This document shows positions 8,363 through 21,215 of a stretch of 53,183 bases of DNA, piece after piece. How positions within the stretch are numbered: position 1 is the stretch's first letter; each line of letters begins with the position of its first letter. The notes beneath the pieces were generated by a model. It searched no databases, had not been told where the DNA came from, and saw only the letters and a program-made list of their open reading frames with translations. Position numbers and translations under genes: made by a program. Origin of the DNA: Thermodesulfobacteriota bacterium (GTDB lineage: Bacteria; DASVDK01); contig DASVDK010000059.1 in the NCBI GenBank assembly GCA_036381125.1, forward strand, positions 1 to 53,183, read 5' to 3'.

Positions 8363-9584
8363 GGCGCGCCAGATCGGCGGCGAGCACCCGCGTGCCGGCG
8401 AGGATCACCACGCCGCCGGCCGCCATGGCGACCGGCGTGGTCACCAGCACGGCGCGTCGCAGGTCCGACAGGTCGGAGATCCACCCGATGAGCGGCGGCG
8501 AGACGATGTCGCCGAGGGCGTGGATGACGAAGATGTGGAGCGCGATCGCGGTGGCGCGCACCTCGGGACGCGTGACGTTGACGAGCACGGCGTTGAGCGG
8601 CCCCGTGTTGAGGAAGAGGAGGACCACCGCCGCGAACGTGGCGCCGTAGACGACCGGCAGCGACGGCGAGAGGAACGCCAGGATCGCGAACGGCATCCCG
8701 AGCACCATGCCCCACCCCGACACGAGGAAGTGCCCCGTCGGCGTCCGAGCGAAGAGGAGATCGCCGAGCCACCCGCCGGCGACGACGCCGACCAGGCCGG
8801 CCGCGGCGACGATCGCCCCCATGACGAATCCGGCCTGGGCGAGCGGGACGTCGTGGACGCGCGTCAGGAAGGCCGGCATCCAGTACGACAGGCCGCCGAT
8901 CGCGAAGGTGTAGAGCGTGCTGCCCGCGACGTTGACCAGGTAGCTCGGCGTCTTCACGAGGGCCACGTAGTCGTCCCGGACGGCGGGCCGGGTCGCGGCG
9001 CCCTGCGGCTCGGTGGCGCCGCGCGCCGGCTCCCGCAGGGCGAGGAGCGCGGCCGCCAGGACGAGCCCCGGAAGGCCGGCCACGAGGAACGCCTCGCGCC
9101 AGCCCCACCGCGCGCCGACGACGCCTCCCATGAGGTAGCCGAGCGCCGCGCCGACCGGCGTGGCGACGTAGAAGACCATGAGCGCGCGCGCCCGCCGGTC
9201 CCGCGGCACGAGGTCGGAGATCCAGGCGGGGCCGATCGTGCCGAAGGTGGCTTCGCCGACGCCGACCAGGGCGCGGGTGGCGAAGAGCGACGCGTACGAC
9301 CAGGCGCCGGCCGCGGCGGCCGTCGCGAGGCTCCAGAGCGCGACGCCGCCCGCCATGATCCCCTTGCGTGGGGCGCGGTCGGCCGCGAGCCCGACCAGGG
9401 GCGACGCCGCGGTGTAGATCAGGAGGAACGCGAAGGGCAGGAAGCCGAGCTGCGTGTCCGAGAGGCCGAACTCGCCCTTGATCGGCTCGACGAGGGCGGC
9501 GATGACGTACCGGTCGACGTAGTTGAGCAGGTTGACGGCGAAGAGGAGGCCGAGCGCGAGCCGCGCCCCGGAACGAGCGCTCAC
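8337..9584 (-). CDS. MFS transporter, Spinster-like
   Basis: NLLNYVDRY, GLAADRAPRK, RALVGVGEA, IHALGDIVSP; GTG at 9584 overlaps NUDIX stop. Confidence 0.9.
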   Translation of the reverse strand: MSARSGARLALGLLFAVNLLNYVDRYVIAALVEPIKGEFGLSDTQLGFLPFAFLLIYTAASPLVGLAADRAPRKGIMAGGVALWSLATAAAAGAWSYASLFATRALVGVGEATFGTIGPAWISDLVPRDRRARALMVFYVATPVGAALGYLMGGVVGARWGWREAFLVAGLPGLVLAAALLALREPARGATEPQGAATRPAVRDDYVALVKTPSYLVNVAGSTLYTFAIGGLSYWMPAFLTRVHDVPLAQAGFVMGAIVAAAGLVGVVAGGWLGDLLFARTPTGHFLVSGWGMVLGMPFAILAFLSPSLPVVYGATFAAVVLLFLNTGPLNAVLVNVTRPEVRATAIALHIFVIHALGDIVSPPLIGWISDLSDLRRAVLVTTPVAMAAGGVVILAGTRVLAADLARLAGPGRQV

Positions 9585-10099
9585 TCGCCTCCCTCGCCGG
9601 CGCCCGCGAGGCCGAGCCGTTCGCGGATGGCGGCGCTCGCGCGCAGGAGGATGGCGCGCTCGTTCTCGTAGGTGAGCGCATCCACCGCGTCGCCGAGGGC
9701 GAACCAGCGGACCTCCTCGGCCTCCCGGTCGTGGTCCTCCATCCGCCCCTCCCGGAAGCGGAGGAGGAAGAAGTGGACGCTCTTGTGGTAGCGGACCCGC
9801 TCCTGCCGGCCGTAGTACCAGTACTGGATGGTGCCGAGCTTGGCCTCGACGTCGCCCAAGAGCCCCGTCTCCTCCAGGACCTCCCGGCGAGCCGTCTCCT
9901 CCAGGCTCTCGTTCGGCTCGACGCCCCCCTTGGGCAGACACCAGACGCGCCCGCCGCCGCGGCCGGTGTAGGCGATCAGCGCCACCTCCGCCCCACCCTC
10001 CGGCGTCGCGCGGTAGATCACGCCCCCCGACGAGACCTGCGTGGCGGTCGGCGCCTTCCTCTTCGAGCTGTCGGAACCACGCGCCTTGCGCCCTGGCAT
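9581..10099 (-). CDS. NUDIX hydrolase (Ap4A hydrolase/MutT1-like)
   Basis: Nudix box GGVEPNESLEETARREVLEETGL preceded by WCLPKG. Confidence 0.92.
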   Translation of the reverse strand: MPGRKARGSDSSKRKAPTATQVSSGGVIYRATPEGGAEVALIAYTGRGGGRVWCLPKGGVEPNESLEETARREVLEETGLLGDVEAKLGTIQYWYYGRQERVRYHKSVHFFLLRFREGRMEDHDREAEEVRWFALGDAVDALTYENERAILLRASAAIRERLGLAGAGEGGE

Positions 10100-10124
10100 C
10101 CGCCCCTGATCTCCCTGCCGCTGG

Positions 10125-10913
10125 TCATCGTCCGGTGAACTTCGCGGCGCGCTTCTCGAGGAACGCGGCCGTCCCCTCGCGCATGTCCTCGGTCCCGCAG
10201 AGCGTGCCGAAGAGCCGCGCCTCCAGCGCCAACCCCTCGTCGAGGCTCATCGAGAGGCCCTCGTGTACCGCCTCGATGGCCGCCCGGAGCGCGAGCGGCG
10301 GTTTGCCGCCGACCAGCTCGCGGGCCCAGGCCACCGCCGCGCCGCGCGCCTCGCCCGGCTCGACGACGCGGTTGACGAGGCCGAGCGCGGCCGCCTCGTC
10401 GGCCGTGACCATGGCGCCCGTGAGGATCAGCTCCATGGCCTTTCCCTCACCGACGAGCCGGGCGAGACGCTGGCTGCCCCCGTATCCGGGGATGATACCG
10501 AGATTCACCTCGGGTTGCCCCAGGCGGGCGTTGCGCGCCGCGACACGCAGGTGGCACGCCATCGCGAGCTCGCAGCCGCCGCCGAGCGCGAAGCCGCCGA
10601 TGGCCGCGATCACCGGCTTGCCCGCGCGCTCCATCAGCCGGGTGAGCGCCTGGCCCCGCTCGGCCAGGGCCCGGCCCGCGGCCGGATCGAGGCCGCGGAT
10701 CTCGGCGATGTCGGCCCCGGCGACGAAGGCCTTGTCGCCCGCGCCGGTGAGGACCGCCGCGCCGATCGACGCGTCGTCCCTGACGCGCGTGAAGGCGTCG
10801 GTCAGCTCCGCGATGGTCGCCGCGTTCAGCGCGTTCAGCTTCTGCGGCCGATTCACGGTGACGACGGCGACGCGGTCGTCGATCTCGAAGAGGAGGTTCT
10901 CGTAGGCGCTCAC
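10125..10913 (-). CDS. Enoyl-CoA hydratase/crotonase
   Basis: AFVAGADI, ALGGGCELAMAC and GQPEVNLGIIPGYGG with both catalytic Glu. Confidence 0.93.
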   Translation of the reverse strand: MSAYENLLFEIDDRVAVVTVNRPQKLNALNAATIAELTDAFTRVRDDASIGAAVLTGAGDKAFVAGADIAEIRGLDPAAGRALAERGQALTRLMERAGKPVIAAIGGFALGGGCELAMACHLRVAARNARLGQPEVNLGIIPGYGGSQRLARLVGEGKAMELILTGAMVTADEAAALGLVNRVVEPGEARGAAVAWARELVGGKPPLALRAAIEAVHEGLSMSLDEGLALEARLFGTLCGTEDMREGTAAFLEKRAAKFTGR

Positions 10914-10923
10914 GGACGGCCTC

Positions 10924-11814
10924 CTACAGGCCCAGCGGGGTGACGGTGGGCGGGCCGGTGTCGTACGTGTAGAAGCCCTTGCCGCTCTTCTTCCCCAGGT
11001 AACCCGCCAGCACCATCTTGCGCAAGAGCGGCGGCGGCGCGTAGCGCGGCTCGCGGTACTCGTGGAAGAAGACCTCGGCCACCTTGAAGGCGGTGTCGAG
11101 GCCGACGAAGTCGAGGAGCGTGAACGGGCCCATCGGGTAGCCGCAGCCGAGCCGCATCCCCTGGTCGATGTCGGTCACGGTGGCGACACCCGCCTCGAGC
11201 GCCCGCACGGCGTCGAGCAGGTACGGGATGAGCAGGTAGTTCACGATGAACCCGCCGCGGTCCTTCGCCACGATCGGGGTCTTGCCGACGCCGACCGCGA
11301 AGGCGCGCACCGCCTCGAACGTGGCGTCGGACGTGGCGATCGTGCGCACGACCTCCACGAGCGCCATGAGCGGGACCGGGTTGAAGAAGTGCAGCCCCGC
11401 GAAACGGTCGGGGCGCGTCGTCGCGGCCGCCATCTCGATGACCGTGAGCGACGAGGTGTTGGTCGCGAAGATGGTCCTGGGCGGGCAGATGCCGTCGAGC
11501 TCCCGGAAGAGGGCCTTCTTCGCCTCGATCTCCTCGACGATCGCCTCGATGACGAGGTCGCAGTCGGCGAGGTCGCCCAGGCTGGTCGTCCCCTGGAGGT
11601 TGCCGAGCGCCTTCTCGCGATCGGCGGCCGTCAGCTTCCCCTTCTCCACGGCGCGCGAGAGGAACTGGTCGATCCGTCCGAGCCCCTTCTCGAGCGTCGG
11701 CCGGTCCACCTCCCGCACCCGCACCCTGTAGCCCGCCTGGGCGGCCACCTGGGCGATGCCGGCCCCCATGAGCCCGCAGCCGACCACGCCAACCGTTCGA
11801 ACAGGCGTCTGCAA
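10924..11814 (-). CDS. hbd: 3-hydroxybutyryl-CoA dehydrogenase
   Basis: GCGLMGAG, ATNTSSL, GLHFFNPVP, GYPMGP; likely TTG start at 11814 after GGAGG (the longer ORF start lies in the repeat). Confidence 0.9.
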   Translation of the reverse strand: MQTPVRTVGVVGCGLMGAGIAQVAAQAGYRVRVREVDRPTLEKGLGRIDQFLSRAVEKGKLTAADREKALGNLQGTTSLGDLADCDLVIEAIVEEIEAKKALFRELDGICPPRTIFATNTSSLTVIEMAAATTRPDRFAGLHFFNPVPLMALVEVVRTIATSDATFEAVRAFAVGVGKTPIVAKDRGGFIVNYLLIPYLLDAVRALEAGVATVTDIDQGMRLGCGYPMGPFTLLDFVGLDTAFKVAEVFFHEYREPRYAPPPLLRKMVLAGYLGKKSGKGFYTYDTGPPTVTPLGL

Positions 11815-11848
11815 CGTGGGCACCTCCCTTCCGCCGGGCCTCGTGATC

Positions 11849-11951
11849 GTGGGGTCTGACCCCACCTGTTTTCCAGGGGGTCAGGTCTTTCCATTTTCCA
11901 GGGGGTCAGGCCTTTCCATTTTCCAGACCGGAGAACGTCGGGGTCCGACCC
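11849..11951. repeat. REP-like intergenic element: GGGGTC(T/C)GACCC palindromes flanking two tandem 25-bp units
   Basis: Units GGGGTCAGG(T/C)CTTTCCATTTTCCAG at 11877-11901 and 11902-11926; 11877-11951 matches the reverse complement of 47320-47394 at 73/75. Confidence 0.9.
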
Positions 11952-12063
11952 GCTCGTTCTCCGTGGGGGCAGCCGACCCGCGCCGCGCCTCACCCCACCG
12001 GGATCCGGCCCGGCTTGCCGGCGCGTCCCGGCTGGTCCCGCGACCGGCCCGGGCAGGCACGCC

Positions 12064-13257
12064 CTAGTAGGCCTCGACGACGACGGCGATCCCCTGGCCC
12101 CCGCCGATGCAGGCGGAGGCGAGCCCGTAGCGGCCCTTGCGGCGGCGCAGCTCGTGCAAGATGGTGAGCGTCAGCCGGGCCCCCGACATGCCGACCGGGT
12201 GCGACAGGGCGATGGCGCCGCCGTTCACGTTGGTCCGCGCCCGGTCGAGACCGAGCGCGCGCTCGACGGCCAGGTACTGCGCGGCGAACGCCTCGTTGAT
12301 CTCCACGAGGTCCATCTGATCGAGCCTGAGGCCCGCCTTGCGCAGGGCGTTCTTCGACGCCTGCACCGGGCCGATCCCCATGATCTCGGGCCGGCACCCG
12401 TGCAGGCCCCACGAGACGAGGCGGCCGAGCGGCCTCGCGCCGCGGCGCGCCGCGGTCTCGGCCGGCGCGAGCACGAGCATCGCCGCGCCGTCGCCGATGC
12501 CGCTCGCGTTGCCGGCCGTGACGACGCCGTCCGGCTTGAAGACCGGCTTGAGCTTCGCGAGCGCCTCGAGCGTCGTGTTGGGCCGCGGGTGCTCGTCGGT
12601 CGTGAACGTGGTCGTCCCCTTCTTCCCCGTGACCTCGACCGCCACGATCTCGTCCCCGAGCCGGCCGGCCTCGATCGCCGCCCTGGCCCGCTGCTGGCTC
12701 TCGTAGGCGAACCGGTCGACCTCCTCGCGGCCGATGCCGTACTCGGCCGCCAGGTTCTCGGCCGTGATCCCCATGGGCATCCCGGGCAGCGTGTCGGTCA
12801 GCGCGTCCCAGAGGGCGTCCTCCAGCTTCCCCTGCCCGAGGCCGAGGCCGAAGCGGGCGCCGCGGATGATGTGGGGCGCCTGGCTCATCGACTCGGTGCC
12901 GCCGGCCAGGACCACCTCGGCCTCGCCGAGCAGGATCTGCTCGGCGGCGGAGACGACCGCCTGGAAGCCCGATCCGCAGAGCCGGTTCACCGTGAGCGCC
13001 GGCGTCTCGACGGGGCAACCGGCCCTGAGGGCGATGTGCCGCGCGAGGTAGGCGCCGTCGACCGACGACGCCTGGATGACGTTGCCCACGATCGCCTGCT
13101 GCACGTGGCCCGGCTCGACGCCCGACCGCTCGATGGCGGCCTTCGCCGCCACGACCCCGAGGTCCACGGCCGAGAGGTCCTTGAGGGTGCCGCCGAAGGT
13201 CCCGATCGGCGTCCGCGCGCCGCCCAGGATCACAACCTCCGAGCTCGCCATGTCCAT
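12064..13257 (-). CDS. Acetyl-CoA C-acyltransferase (thiolase)
   Basis: [34 protein letters not shown]. Confidence 0.95.
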   Translation of the reverse strand: MDMASSEVVILGGARTPIGTFGGTLKDLSAVDLGVVAAKAAIERSGVEPGHVQQAIVGNVIQASSVDGAYLARHIALRAGCPVETPALTVNRLCGSGFQAVVSAAEQILLGEAEVVLAGGTESMSQAPHIIRGARFGLGLGQGKLEDALWDALTDTLPGMPMGITAENLAAEYGIGREEVDRFAYESQQRARAAIEAGRLGDEIVAVEVTGKKGTTTFTTDEHPRPNTTLEALAKLKPVFKPDGVVTAGNASGIGDGAAMLVLAPAETAARRGARPLGRLVSWGLHGCRPEIMGIGPVQASKNALRKAGLRLDQMDLVEINEAFAAQYLAVERALGLDRARTNVNGGAIALSHPVGMSGARLTLTILHELRRRKGRYGLASACIGGGQGIAVVVEAY

Positions 13258-13339
13258 CTCCTCACAGCGGGGTCAGGCCCCGATCAACGGGGTCGGGCCT
13301 CTACCGTTTTCCAGTCTCCGGACGCAGACCCGACACGAC

Positions 13340-14293
13340 TCACGACCGGCCGCCGACGACGCTCTCGACCGCGCTGTACGGGTCGGTCTCGCGCTCGGCC
13401 AGCCGGCCGACGATCCGCTCGACGCCCGCCTCGCCGCCGAGCCGGGCGATCGCGTCGTCGAGGAGGCGGTCGCGCAGGAGGTCCAGGAACTCCCGCCGCG
13501 CCCGCTCCCGGCGAAGGACGCCCATGCGCCCCCGGGCCTCGAGGTGGGCCCGGTGCCTGAACACGGCGTCGACGATCTCGGCGATCCCCTTGCCGCGGTG
13601 CGCCTCGGCCAGCAGGATGGGGGGCTTCCAGGCGCCGGGCGGCGGCGGGGTGAGCGTGAGCATCTGCTCCAGCTCCGCGGCCGTCCGGTTGGCGCCCTCG
13701 CGATCGGCCTTGTTCACCACGAACACCTGCGCGATCTCCAGGATGCCGGCCTTGATGGCCTGGACGTCGTCCCCCATCCCCGGCACGACGACCACGATCG
13801 TCGTGTCGGCGAGCCGCATGACCTCGACCTCGTCCTGGCCGACGCCGACGGTCTCGACGAGGATCACGTCGCGGCCGAGGGCGTCCATGATGGTGACGCC
13901 CTGCGCCGTGCTCCGCGAGAGACCGCCGAGGGCGCCGCGGGTGGCGAGGCTGCGGATGAACACGCCGGGGTCGGTCGCGTGGCGGTTCATGCGGATCCGG
14001 TCGCCGAGGATCGCGCCGCCGCTGAAGGGCGAGGTCGGATCGACGGCCAGCACGCCGACCGTCTTGCCCTGCCCGCGGAAGTACGCGACGAGCTGGTCCG
14101 CCAGGGTGCTCTTGCCCGCCCCGGGCGACCCGGTGAGGCCGATGACGATCGCCCTGCCGGCGTGCGGGTAGAGGCGCCGCATCGCGGCCGCGGCCGACGG
14201 GTCCGCGTCGTCCACCAGGCGGATGAGGCGCGCGGCGGCGCGCACGTCGCCGGCGAGGACCCGGTCGGCCAGGGACTCGGGGCCGCGGCTCAC
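13340..14293 (-). CDS. meaB: MeaB/ArgK GTPase chaperone of B12 acyl-CoA mutases
   Basis: [48 protein letters not shown] at 14293. Confidence 0.95.
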   Translation of the reverse strand: MSRGPESLADRVLAGDVRAAARLIRLVDDADPSAAAAMRRLYPHAGRAIVIGLTGSPGAGKSTLADQLVAYFRGQGKTVGVLAVDPTSPFSGGAILGDRIRMNRHATDPGVFIRSLATRGALGGLSRSTAQGVTIMDALGRDVILVETVGVGQDEVEVMRLADTTIVVVVPGMGDDVQAIKAGILEIAQVFVVNKADREGANRTAAELEQMLTLTPPPPGAWKPPILLAEAHRGKGIAEIVDAVFRHRAHLEARGRMGVLRRERARREFLDLLRDRLLDDAIARLGGEAGVERIVGRLAERETDPYSAVESVVGGRS

Positions 14294-15438
14294 GCCACCG
14301 CCCCGAGGACGTGCCGCGCGATGACGAGGCGCTGGATCTCGCTCGTCCCCTCCCCGATCTCGGTGAGCTTCGCGTCGCGCATGTAGCGCTCCACCGGGTA
14401 GTCCTGGAGGTAGCCGTAGCCGCCGTGGATCTGGATGGCCTGGTTGGTGGCGCGCGAGGCCGCCTCCGACGCGAAGAGCTTGGCCATGGAAGCCTCCTTC
14501 GAGAACGGCCGTCCCTGGTCCTTCAGCCACGCCGCGCGTCGGACGAGCAGCCGCGCCGCGTCGACCTCGGTCCCCATGTCGGCGATCTTCCACTGGATCG
14601 CCTGCATCTCCGCGATCGGGCGGCCGAAGGCGCGCCGCTCCCTCGCGTACCGGATCGACGCCTCGAGGGCGGCCCGCGCGAGCCCGACCGCCATGGCGCC
14701 GATGCCGATCCGCCCGGCGTCGAGGATCCGCAGCGTGTCGACGAAGCCCTCCCCCTCGCGGCCGAGGAGGGCGTCGCCGGCCACCTCGACCCCCTCGAGG
14801 AACACCTGCGCGGTGTCCGAGGCGCGCACGCCGAGCTTCTTCTCGTTCTTCCCGGTCGAGAGCCCCCTGGTCCCCTTCTCGACGACGAACGCGCTGATCC
14901 CGTGGTGGCGCTTCGACGGGTCGGTGTGGGCGAGGATCACGTAGACGTCGGCGATGCTGCCGTGCGTGATGAACGCCTTCGAGCCGGTGAGGACCCACCG
15001 ATCGCCGCGGCGCTCGGCCCGGGTCTTCATGGCCGACGCGTCGGAGCCCGACCCCGGCTCGGTGAGCGCCCAGGCGCCGATCGCGTCCCCCGTCGCGAGC
15101 CGGGTCAGGTACCGGCGCTTCTGCTCCGGGCTGCCCGCGAGGGCGAGGTGCGCGGAGCAGAGCGAGTGGTGCGCCGCGACCGAGAGGCAGAGGCTCGCGT
15201 CCGCCGCCGCCAGCTCCTCGATGGCAATGGCGAAGCTCTGCGCGTCGAGACCGGAGCCGCCGTACTCGGGATCGTGGCACATCCCGAGGACCCCGAGGCG
15301 ACCGAGCGCCCGGAAGGTCTCGAAGGGGAACTTCGGGTCGGCGTCTCGCTCGGCCGCGTGCGGCGCCACCTCGTTGCGGCAGAAGTCCCGGATCGTCTCC
15401 TCGATCTGCCGCTGCTCGTCGGTGAGCTGGAAGTGCAT
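14290..15438 (-). CDS. Acyl-CoA dehydrogenase (short/branched chain)
   Basis: [37 protein letters not shown]. Confidence 0.95.
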   Translation of the reverse strand: MHFQLTDEQRQIEETIRDFCRNEVAPHAAERDADPKFPFETFRALGRLGVLGMCHDPEYGGSGLDAQSFAIAIEELAAADASLCLSVAAHHSLCSAHLALAGSPEQKRRYLTRLATGDAIGAWALTEPGSGSDASAMKTRAERRGDRWVLTGSKAFITHGSIADVYVILAHTDPSKRHHGISAFVVEKGTRGLSTGKNEKKLGVRASDTAQVFLEGVEVAGDALLGREGEGFVDTLRILDAGRIGIGAMAVGLARAALEASIRYARERRAFGRPIAEMQAIQWKIADMGTEVDAARLLVRRAAWLKDQGRPFSKEASMAKLFASEAASRATNQAIQIHGGYGYLQDYPVERYMRDAKLTEIGEGTSEIQRLVIARHVLGAVA

Positions 15439-15859
15439 GCGTGAGCCCTCAGCGCGCTATGCGCGCGGCTTCACGTTGGCCCTCACCCAGTCGATCGCCT
15501 CCTGGGTGGTCGTGCCGGGCGTGAAGAGCGCCTTCACCCCGGCCTGCCTGAGCGCCTCGATGTCCTCCTCGGGGATGATCCCCCCGCCGAACACGACGAT
15601 GTCGTCCGCCCCGCGCTCGCGCAGGAGTTCGAGGACGCGCGGGAAGAGGTAGTTGTGCGCGCCCGAGAGGATCGACAGCCCGATGGCGTCCACGTCCTCC
15701 TGGATCGCCGTCTCGACCACCATCTCGGGCGTCTGGTGCAGCCCCGTGTAGATGACCTCGAAACCGGCGTCGCGCAGGGCGCGGGCGATGACCTTCGCCC
15801 CGCGGTCGTGGCCGTCGAGCCCCGCCTTCCCGACGAGGATCCGGACGGTCCGCCCTCTG

Positions 15860-17445
<1,586 letters not shown>

Positions 17446-17449
<4 letters not shown>

Positions 17450-17865
17450 TTCGCGATCCTCGCGGCCAGGTGTCTGGACCGCTCGTGGAAGCGGGCGAGG
17501 TCGACGACGCGGCGCTCGAGCGTCCCCTCCATGAGCGCGCGTCCGTCCCCGTCCTCGGCCTTGACGAGATAGGTGAGCTTGCGCCCGTCGATGGCGCCGA
17601 CGAGCCGCGCCTCGCAGCGCACCCGGGTGCCGACCGTGGCCGCGCCGAGGTGCCGGACGTCGATCCTGACGCCCACCTCGCCGTACCCGGCCGGCAGGCG
17701 CCCCTCGGTGGCGACGTTGGCCGCGCACTCGAGCCAGAGGATGAGCGTGGGCGTGGAGAGCACTCGCACCCCGCGGTTGCCCTGCGCGTCGGCCGTGTCG
17801 GACTCCTGCACGGTCCGCTCGTAGCGCCCGACGAGACCGACCTCGATCCCGCTCGCGTTCACCAT
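17446..17865 (-). CDS. FlK-like hot-dog thioesterase
   Basis: [12 protein letters not shown]...[16 protein letters not shown] pattern (Thr/Glu/His). Confidence 0.8.
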
Positions 17866-17867
17866 GG

Positions 17868-19016
17868 TCACTCCTGCTTGAGCAGCGAGGCGGCGATCAC
17901 CAGCCGCTGGATCTCGCTCGTCCCCTCGTAGATCTCGGTGATCTTCGCGTCGCGGAAGTGCCGCTCCGCCGGGAAGTCCTTGATGTAGCCGTAGCCGCCG
18001 TGGATCTGGACGCAGTGGGTGGCCGCCCGGTTGGCCGCCTCCGAGGCGTAGAGCTTGGCCATCGCCGCCTCGCGCGTGAACCGGACGCCCCGGTCCTTGA
18101 GGGTGGCCGCGCGCAGCGTGAGGAGCCGCGCCGCGTCGAGTTCCGTCGCCATGTCGGCGAGCATCCACTGGATGGCCTGGAAGGTCGCGATCGGCTGGCC
18201 GAAGGCGGTGCGGGCCTTGGCGTAGCGCACCGACTCCTCGAGGCAGGCCCGATGGATGCCGAGCGCCTGGGCCGCGATCCCGACGCGCCCGCCGTCGAGC
18301 GTCCTCATGGCGATCTTGAAGCCCTGCCCGACCTCGCCGAGCCGCTGCCCGTCGTCGAGGCGCACGTCCTCGAAGTAGACCGGCGCGGAGTGGGAGGCCG
18401 TGATGCCGAGCTTGTCGTCCGGCTTCCCCACCGAGTAGCCGGGCGTCCCCTTCTCGACCACGAAGGCGGTGATCCCCCTGGAGCCCTTCGCGGGGTCGGT
18501 CTGGGCGAAGAAGAGGCAGAGGTCGGCCTGCGGCGCGTTCGTGATGAACTGCTTCGCCCCGTTCACGCGCCAGCGCCCCGGCCCGTCCGGGACCGCCGTG
18601 GTCCTCGCGGCGGCGGCGTCGCTGCCGTTGTTCGGCTCGGTGAGGGCGAAGCAGCCGAGCCACTCGCCGCGCGCGAGCCTCGGCAGCCAGCGCTGCTTCT
18701 GCGCCTCGGTGCCGAACTCGAGGATCGGGCCGCAGACCAGGGAGTTGTTGACCGACATGACGACGCCGGTCCCGGCGCAGGCGCGGTTGATCTCCTCCAT
18801 GGCGAGCACGTACGCGACGGTGTCGAGGCCGGCGCCGCCGTACGCCTCCGGGACCATCATCCCCATGAGGCCGAGCTCCCCCATCTTGCGGATCGTCTCG
18901 GCCGGGAAGCGGTGCTCGCGGTCGTCGGCGGCGGCCCGGGGCTCGATCTCCGCAACCGCGAAGTCGCGCGCCATGTCGCGCACCATCGTCTGCTCCGGCG
19001 TCAGCTCGAGGTCCAT
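17868..19016 (-). CDS. Acyl-CoA (butyryl-CoA-like) dehydrogenase
   Basis: [42 protein letters not shown] at 19016. Confidence 0.95.
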   Translation of the reverse strand: MDLELTPEQTMVRDMARDFAVAEIEPRAAADDREHRFPAETIRKMGELGLMGMMVPEAYGGAGLDTVAYVLAMEEINRACAGTGVVMSVNNSLVCGPILEFGTEAQKQRWLPRLARGEWLGCFALTEPNNGSDAAAARTTAVPDGPGRWRVNGAKQFITNAPQADLCLFFAQTDPAKGSRGITAFVVEKGTPGYSVGKPDDKLGITASHSAPVYFEDVRLDDGQRLGEVGQGFKIAMRTLDGGRVGIAAQALGIHRACLEESVRYAKARTAFGQPIATFQAIQWMLADMATELDAARLLTLRAATLKDRGVRFTREAAMAKLYASEAANRAATHCVQIHGGYGYIKDFPAERHFRDAKITEIYEGTSEIQRLVIAASLLKQE

Positions 19017-19027
19017 GGCGAGTGCCC

Positions 19028-19885
19028 TCAGTACGCGTAGAACCCGCGGCCGCTCTTTCGGCCGAGCCGCCCCGCCGCGACGTACTGGCGCAGGAGCGGG
19101 CAGGGCCGGTACTTCGGATCGCCGAGCCCCTCGTGCAGCACCTCGAGGATGGCGAGGCAGGTGTCGAGCCCGATCAGGTCGGCGAGGGCGAGCGGCCCCA
19201 TCGGGTGGTTCATGCCGAGCTTCATCACCGTGTCGATCGCCTCGGCGGTGCCGACGCCCTCCATCAGGGCGTAGACCGCCTCGTTGATCATCGGCATGAG
19301 GATGCGGTTGGCGATGAAGCCGGGAAAGTCCCTCGCCTCGACCGGCGTCTTGCCGAGCCGACGCGCGAGGCCGGTGACGACCTCGACCGCGGCGTCGCTC
19401 GTCTCGAGGCCGCGGATCACCTCCACGAGCCCCATGAGCGGCACCGGGTTGAAGAAGTGCATCCCGATCACCCGGTCGGCCCGCCCGGTGGCGGCCGCCA
19501 GCGTGGTGATCGAGATGGAGGAGGTGTTCGAGGCGAGGATCGTCTCGGGCCGCGCGGCGCGGTCGAGCGCGCGGAAGAGGTCGAGCTTGAGCGCCTCCCG
19601 CTCGGTGGCCGCCTCGATCACGAGGTCCGCGGCCGCCACGCGGGCGACGTCCGCGACCGGCGTGATGCGGCCGAGGGCCGCGTCGCGGTCGGCCGCCGTC
19701 TGCTGCCCTTTCTCGACCGACCGGCCGAGGAAGCGGGCGATCGCCGCCTTGCCCTTCTCCGCCGTCCCCTGGTCGACGTCGCCGAGCACGACCTCGAAGC
19801 CGGCCAGGGCCGCGACCTGGGCGATCCCCGAGCCCATCTGGCCGGCGCCGAGGACTCCAATGGTTTCGATGGTCACCGGCGTCAT
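19028..19885 (-). CDS. hbd: 3-hydroxybutyryl-CoA dehydrogenase (second paralogue)
   Basis: [44 protein letters not shown]. Confidence 0.93.
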   Translation of the reverse strand: MTPVTIETIGVLGAGQMGSGIAQVAALAGFEVVLGDVDQGTAEKGKAAIARFLGRSVEKGQQTAADRDAALGRITPVADVARVAAADLVIEAATEREALKLDLFRALDRAARPETILASNTSSISITTLAAATGRADRVIGMHFFNPVPLMGLVEVIRGLETSDAAVEVVTGLARRLGKTPVEARDFPGFIANRILMPMINEAVYALMEGVGTAEAIDTVMKLGMNHPMGPLALADLIGLDTCLAILEVLHEGLGDPKYRPCPLLRQYVAAGRLGRKSGRGFYAY

Positions 19886-19938
19886 TTCCGGTGCTCCGAA
19901 GCACCGGAGGGCGCCGGCCAGACGGGGCCCACCGGACA

Positions 19939-19987
19939 CCCCCCCTCCCGGCTTCGCCGGCTCTCCCCCCCGCTCCGCGGGGGGGAG
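19939..19987. repeat. Intergenic double hairpin (REP-like, second family)
   Basis: CCGGC-TTC-GCCGG followed by CTCCCCCCCGC-TCC-GCGGGGGGGAG. Confidence 0.45.
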
Positions 19988-20036
19988 CCGGCTCGCCCGG
20001 CTCGCTCCGCTCGCCGGGCTGCGCCCGTCCCCGCCG

Positions 20037-21215
20037 TCATCGCGCCCGCTCCACCATCATGGCGACCGCCTCGCCGCCGCCGAGGCAGATGGCGGCCACG
20101 CCGGTCTTCGCCTTCCGGTCCTCCATGGCGTGGAGGAGCGTCACGAGGATCCGCGCGCCCGAGCAGCCGATCGGGTGCCCCAGGGCCACGGCGCCGCCGC
20201 GGACGTTGACCTTCTCGAGCGGCAGGTCGAGGAGCTTCGCCACGGCCATCGGCACCACCGCGAAGGCCTCGTTGATCTCGAAGAGATCGACGTCCGCCAC
20301 CGTGCGGCCCGTCTGCGCGAGGAGCTTCTGGATGGCGTCGGCCGGCGCCACCGTGAACCAGTCGGGCTCGCGCGACGCGGTGGCCTGGGCCACGACGCGC
20401 GCCATCGGCCTCGCGCCGAGCGCCGCCGCGCGGGACTCGCTCATGAGCACGACGGCCGCCGCGCCGTCGTCGATCTTCGACGCGTTGGCGGCCGTCACGG
20501 TGCCGTCGGGCTTGAACGCCGGGCGGAGCGTCGGCACCCGGGCCAGGTCCACCCGGTTCGGCTCCTCGTCCTCGGCCACCGTGGTCGGACCCTTGCGGCC
20601 CGGCACCTCGACCGCCACGATCTCCCGCGCCGACGCCCCCGAGGCCATGGCCTCGCGCGCCCGCCGGTAGGACTCGAGGGTGAAGGCGTCCTGGTCCTCG
20701 CGCGAGAAGCCGTACTCCGCGGCGCACATCTCGCCGCAGATCCCCATGTGGTGCCCCTTGTAGGGGTCGAGGAGGCCGTCGCGCAGCATCGCGTCCACGA
20801 GGCTGCCGTCGCCCATGCGGTACCCGCTGCGGGCCTTCTCGAGCAGGTAGGGGGCGTTCGACATCGACTCCATGCCGCCCGCCACGACGACCTGCGACTC
20901 GCCGGTGCGAATGGCCTGGACGCCGAGCATGGCCGCCTTCAGGCCGGAGCCGCAGACCTTGTTCACCGTGGTGGCGCCGGTCCCGACCGGGAGCCCCGCG
21001 GCGAGCGCGGCCTGCCGCGCCGGCGCCTGGCCGACCCCTGCCTGGAGGACGTGGCCCATGATGACCTCGTCCACCTGGCCCGGCTCGATCCCGGCGCGGC
21101 GCACCGCCTCGCGGATCGCGAAGGCGCCGAGCGACGGCGCCGGCAGCGCCGAGAGGCTTCCCTGGAAGGCGCCGACCGGCGTGCGGGCGGCGCCGACGAT
21201 GACGACGTCGGTCAT
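20037..21215 (-). CDS. Acetyl-CoA C-acetyltransferase (thiolase, second paralogue)
   Basis: [35 protein letters not shown] at 21215 overlaps MerR stop. Confidence 0.95.
   Translation of the reverse strand: MTDVVIVGAARTPVGAFQGSLSALPAPSLGAFAIREAVRRAGIEPGQVDEVIMGHVLQAGVGQAPARQAALAAGLPVGTGATTVNKVCGSGLKAAMLGVQAIRTGESQVVVAGGMESMSNAPYLLEKARSGYRMGDGSLVDAMLRDGLLDPYKGHHMGICGEMCAAEYGFSREDQDAFTLESYRRAREAMASGASAREIVAVEVPGRKGPTTVAEDEEPNRVDLARVPTLRPAFKPDGTVTAANASKIDDGAAAVVLMSESRAAALGARPMARVVAQATASREPDWFTVAPADAIQKLLAQTGRTVADVDLFEINEAFAVVPMAVAKLLDLPLEKVNVRGGAVALGHPIGCSGARILVTLLHAMEDRKAKTGVAAICLGGGEAVAMMVERAR

Noticed and set aside
11815..11865. N-terminal extension MGSDPT... of hbd
   Set aside because: Derived from the REP-like palindrome; an SD-supported TTG start lies at 11814
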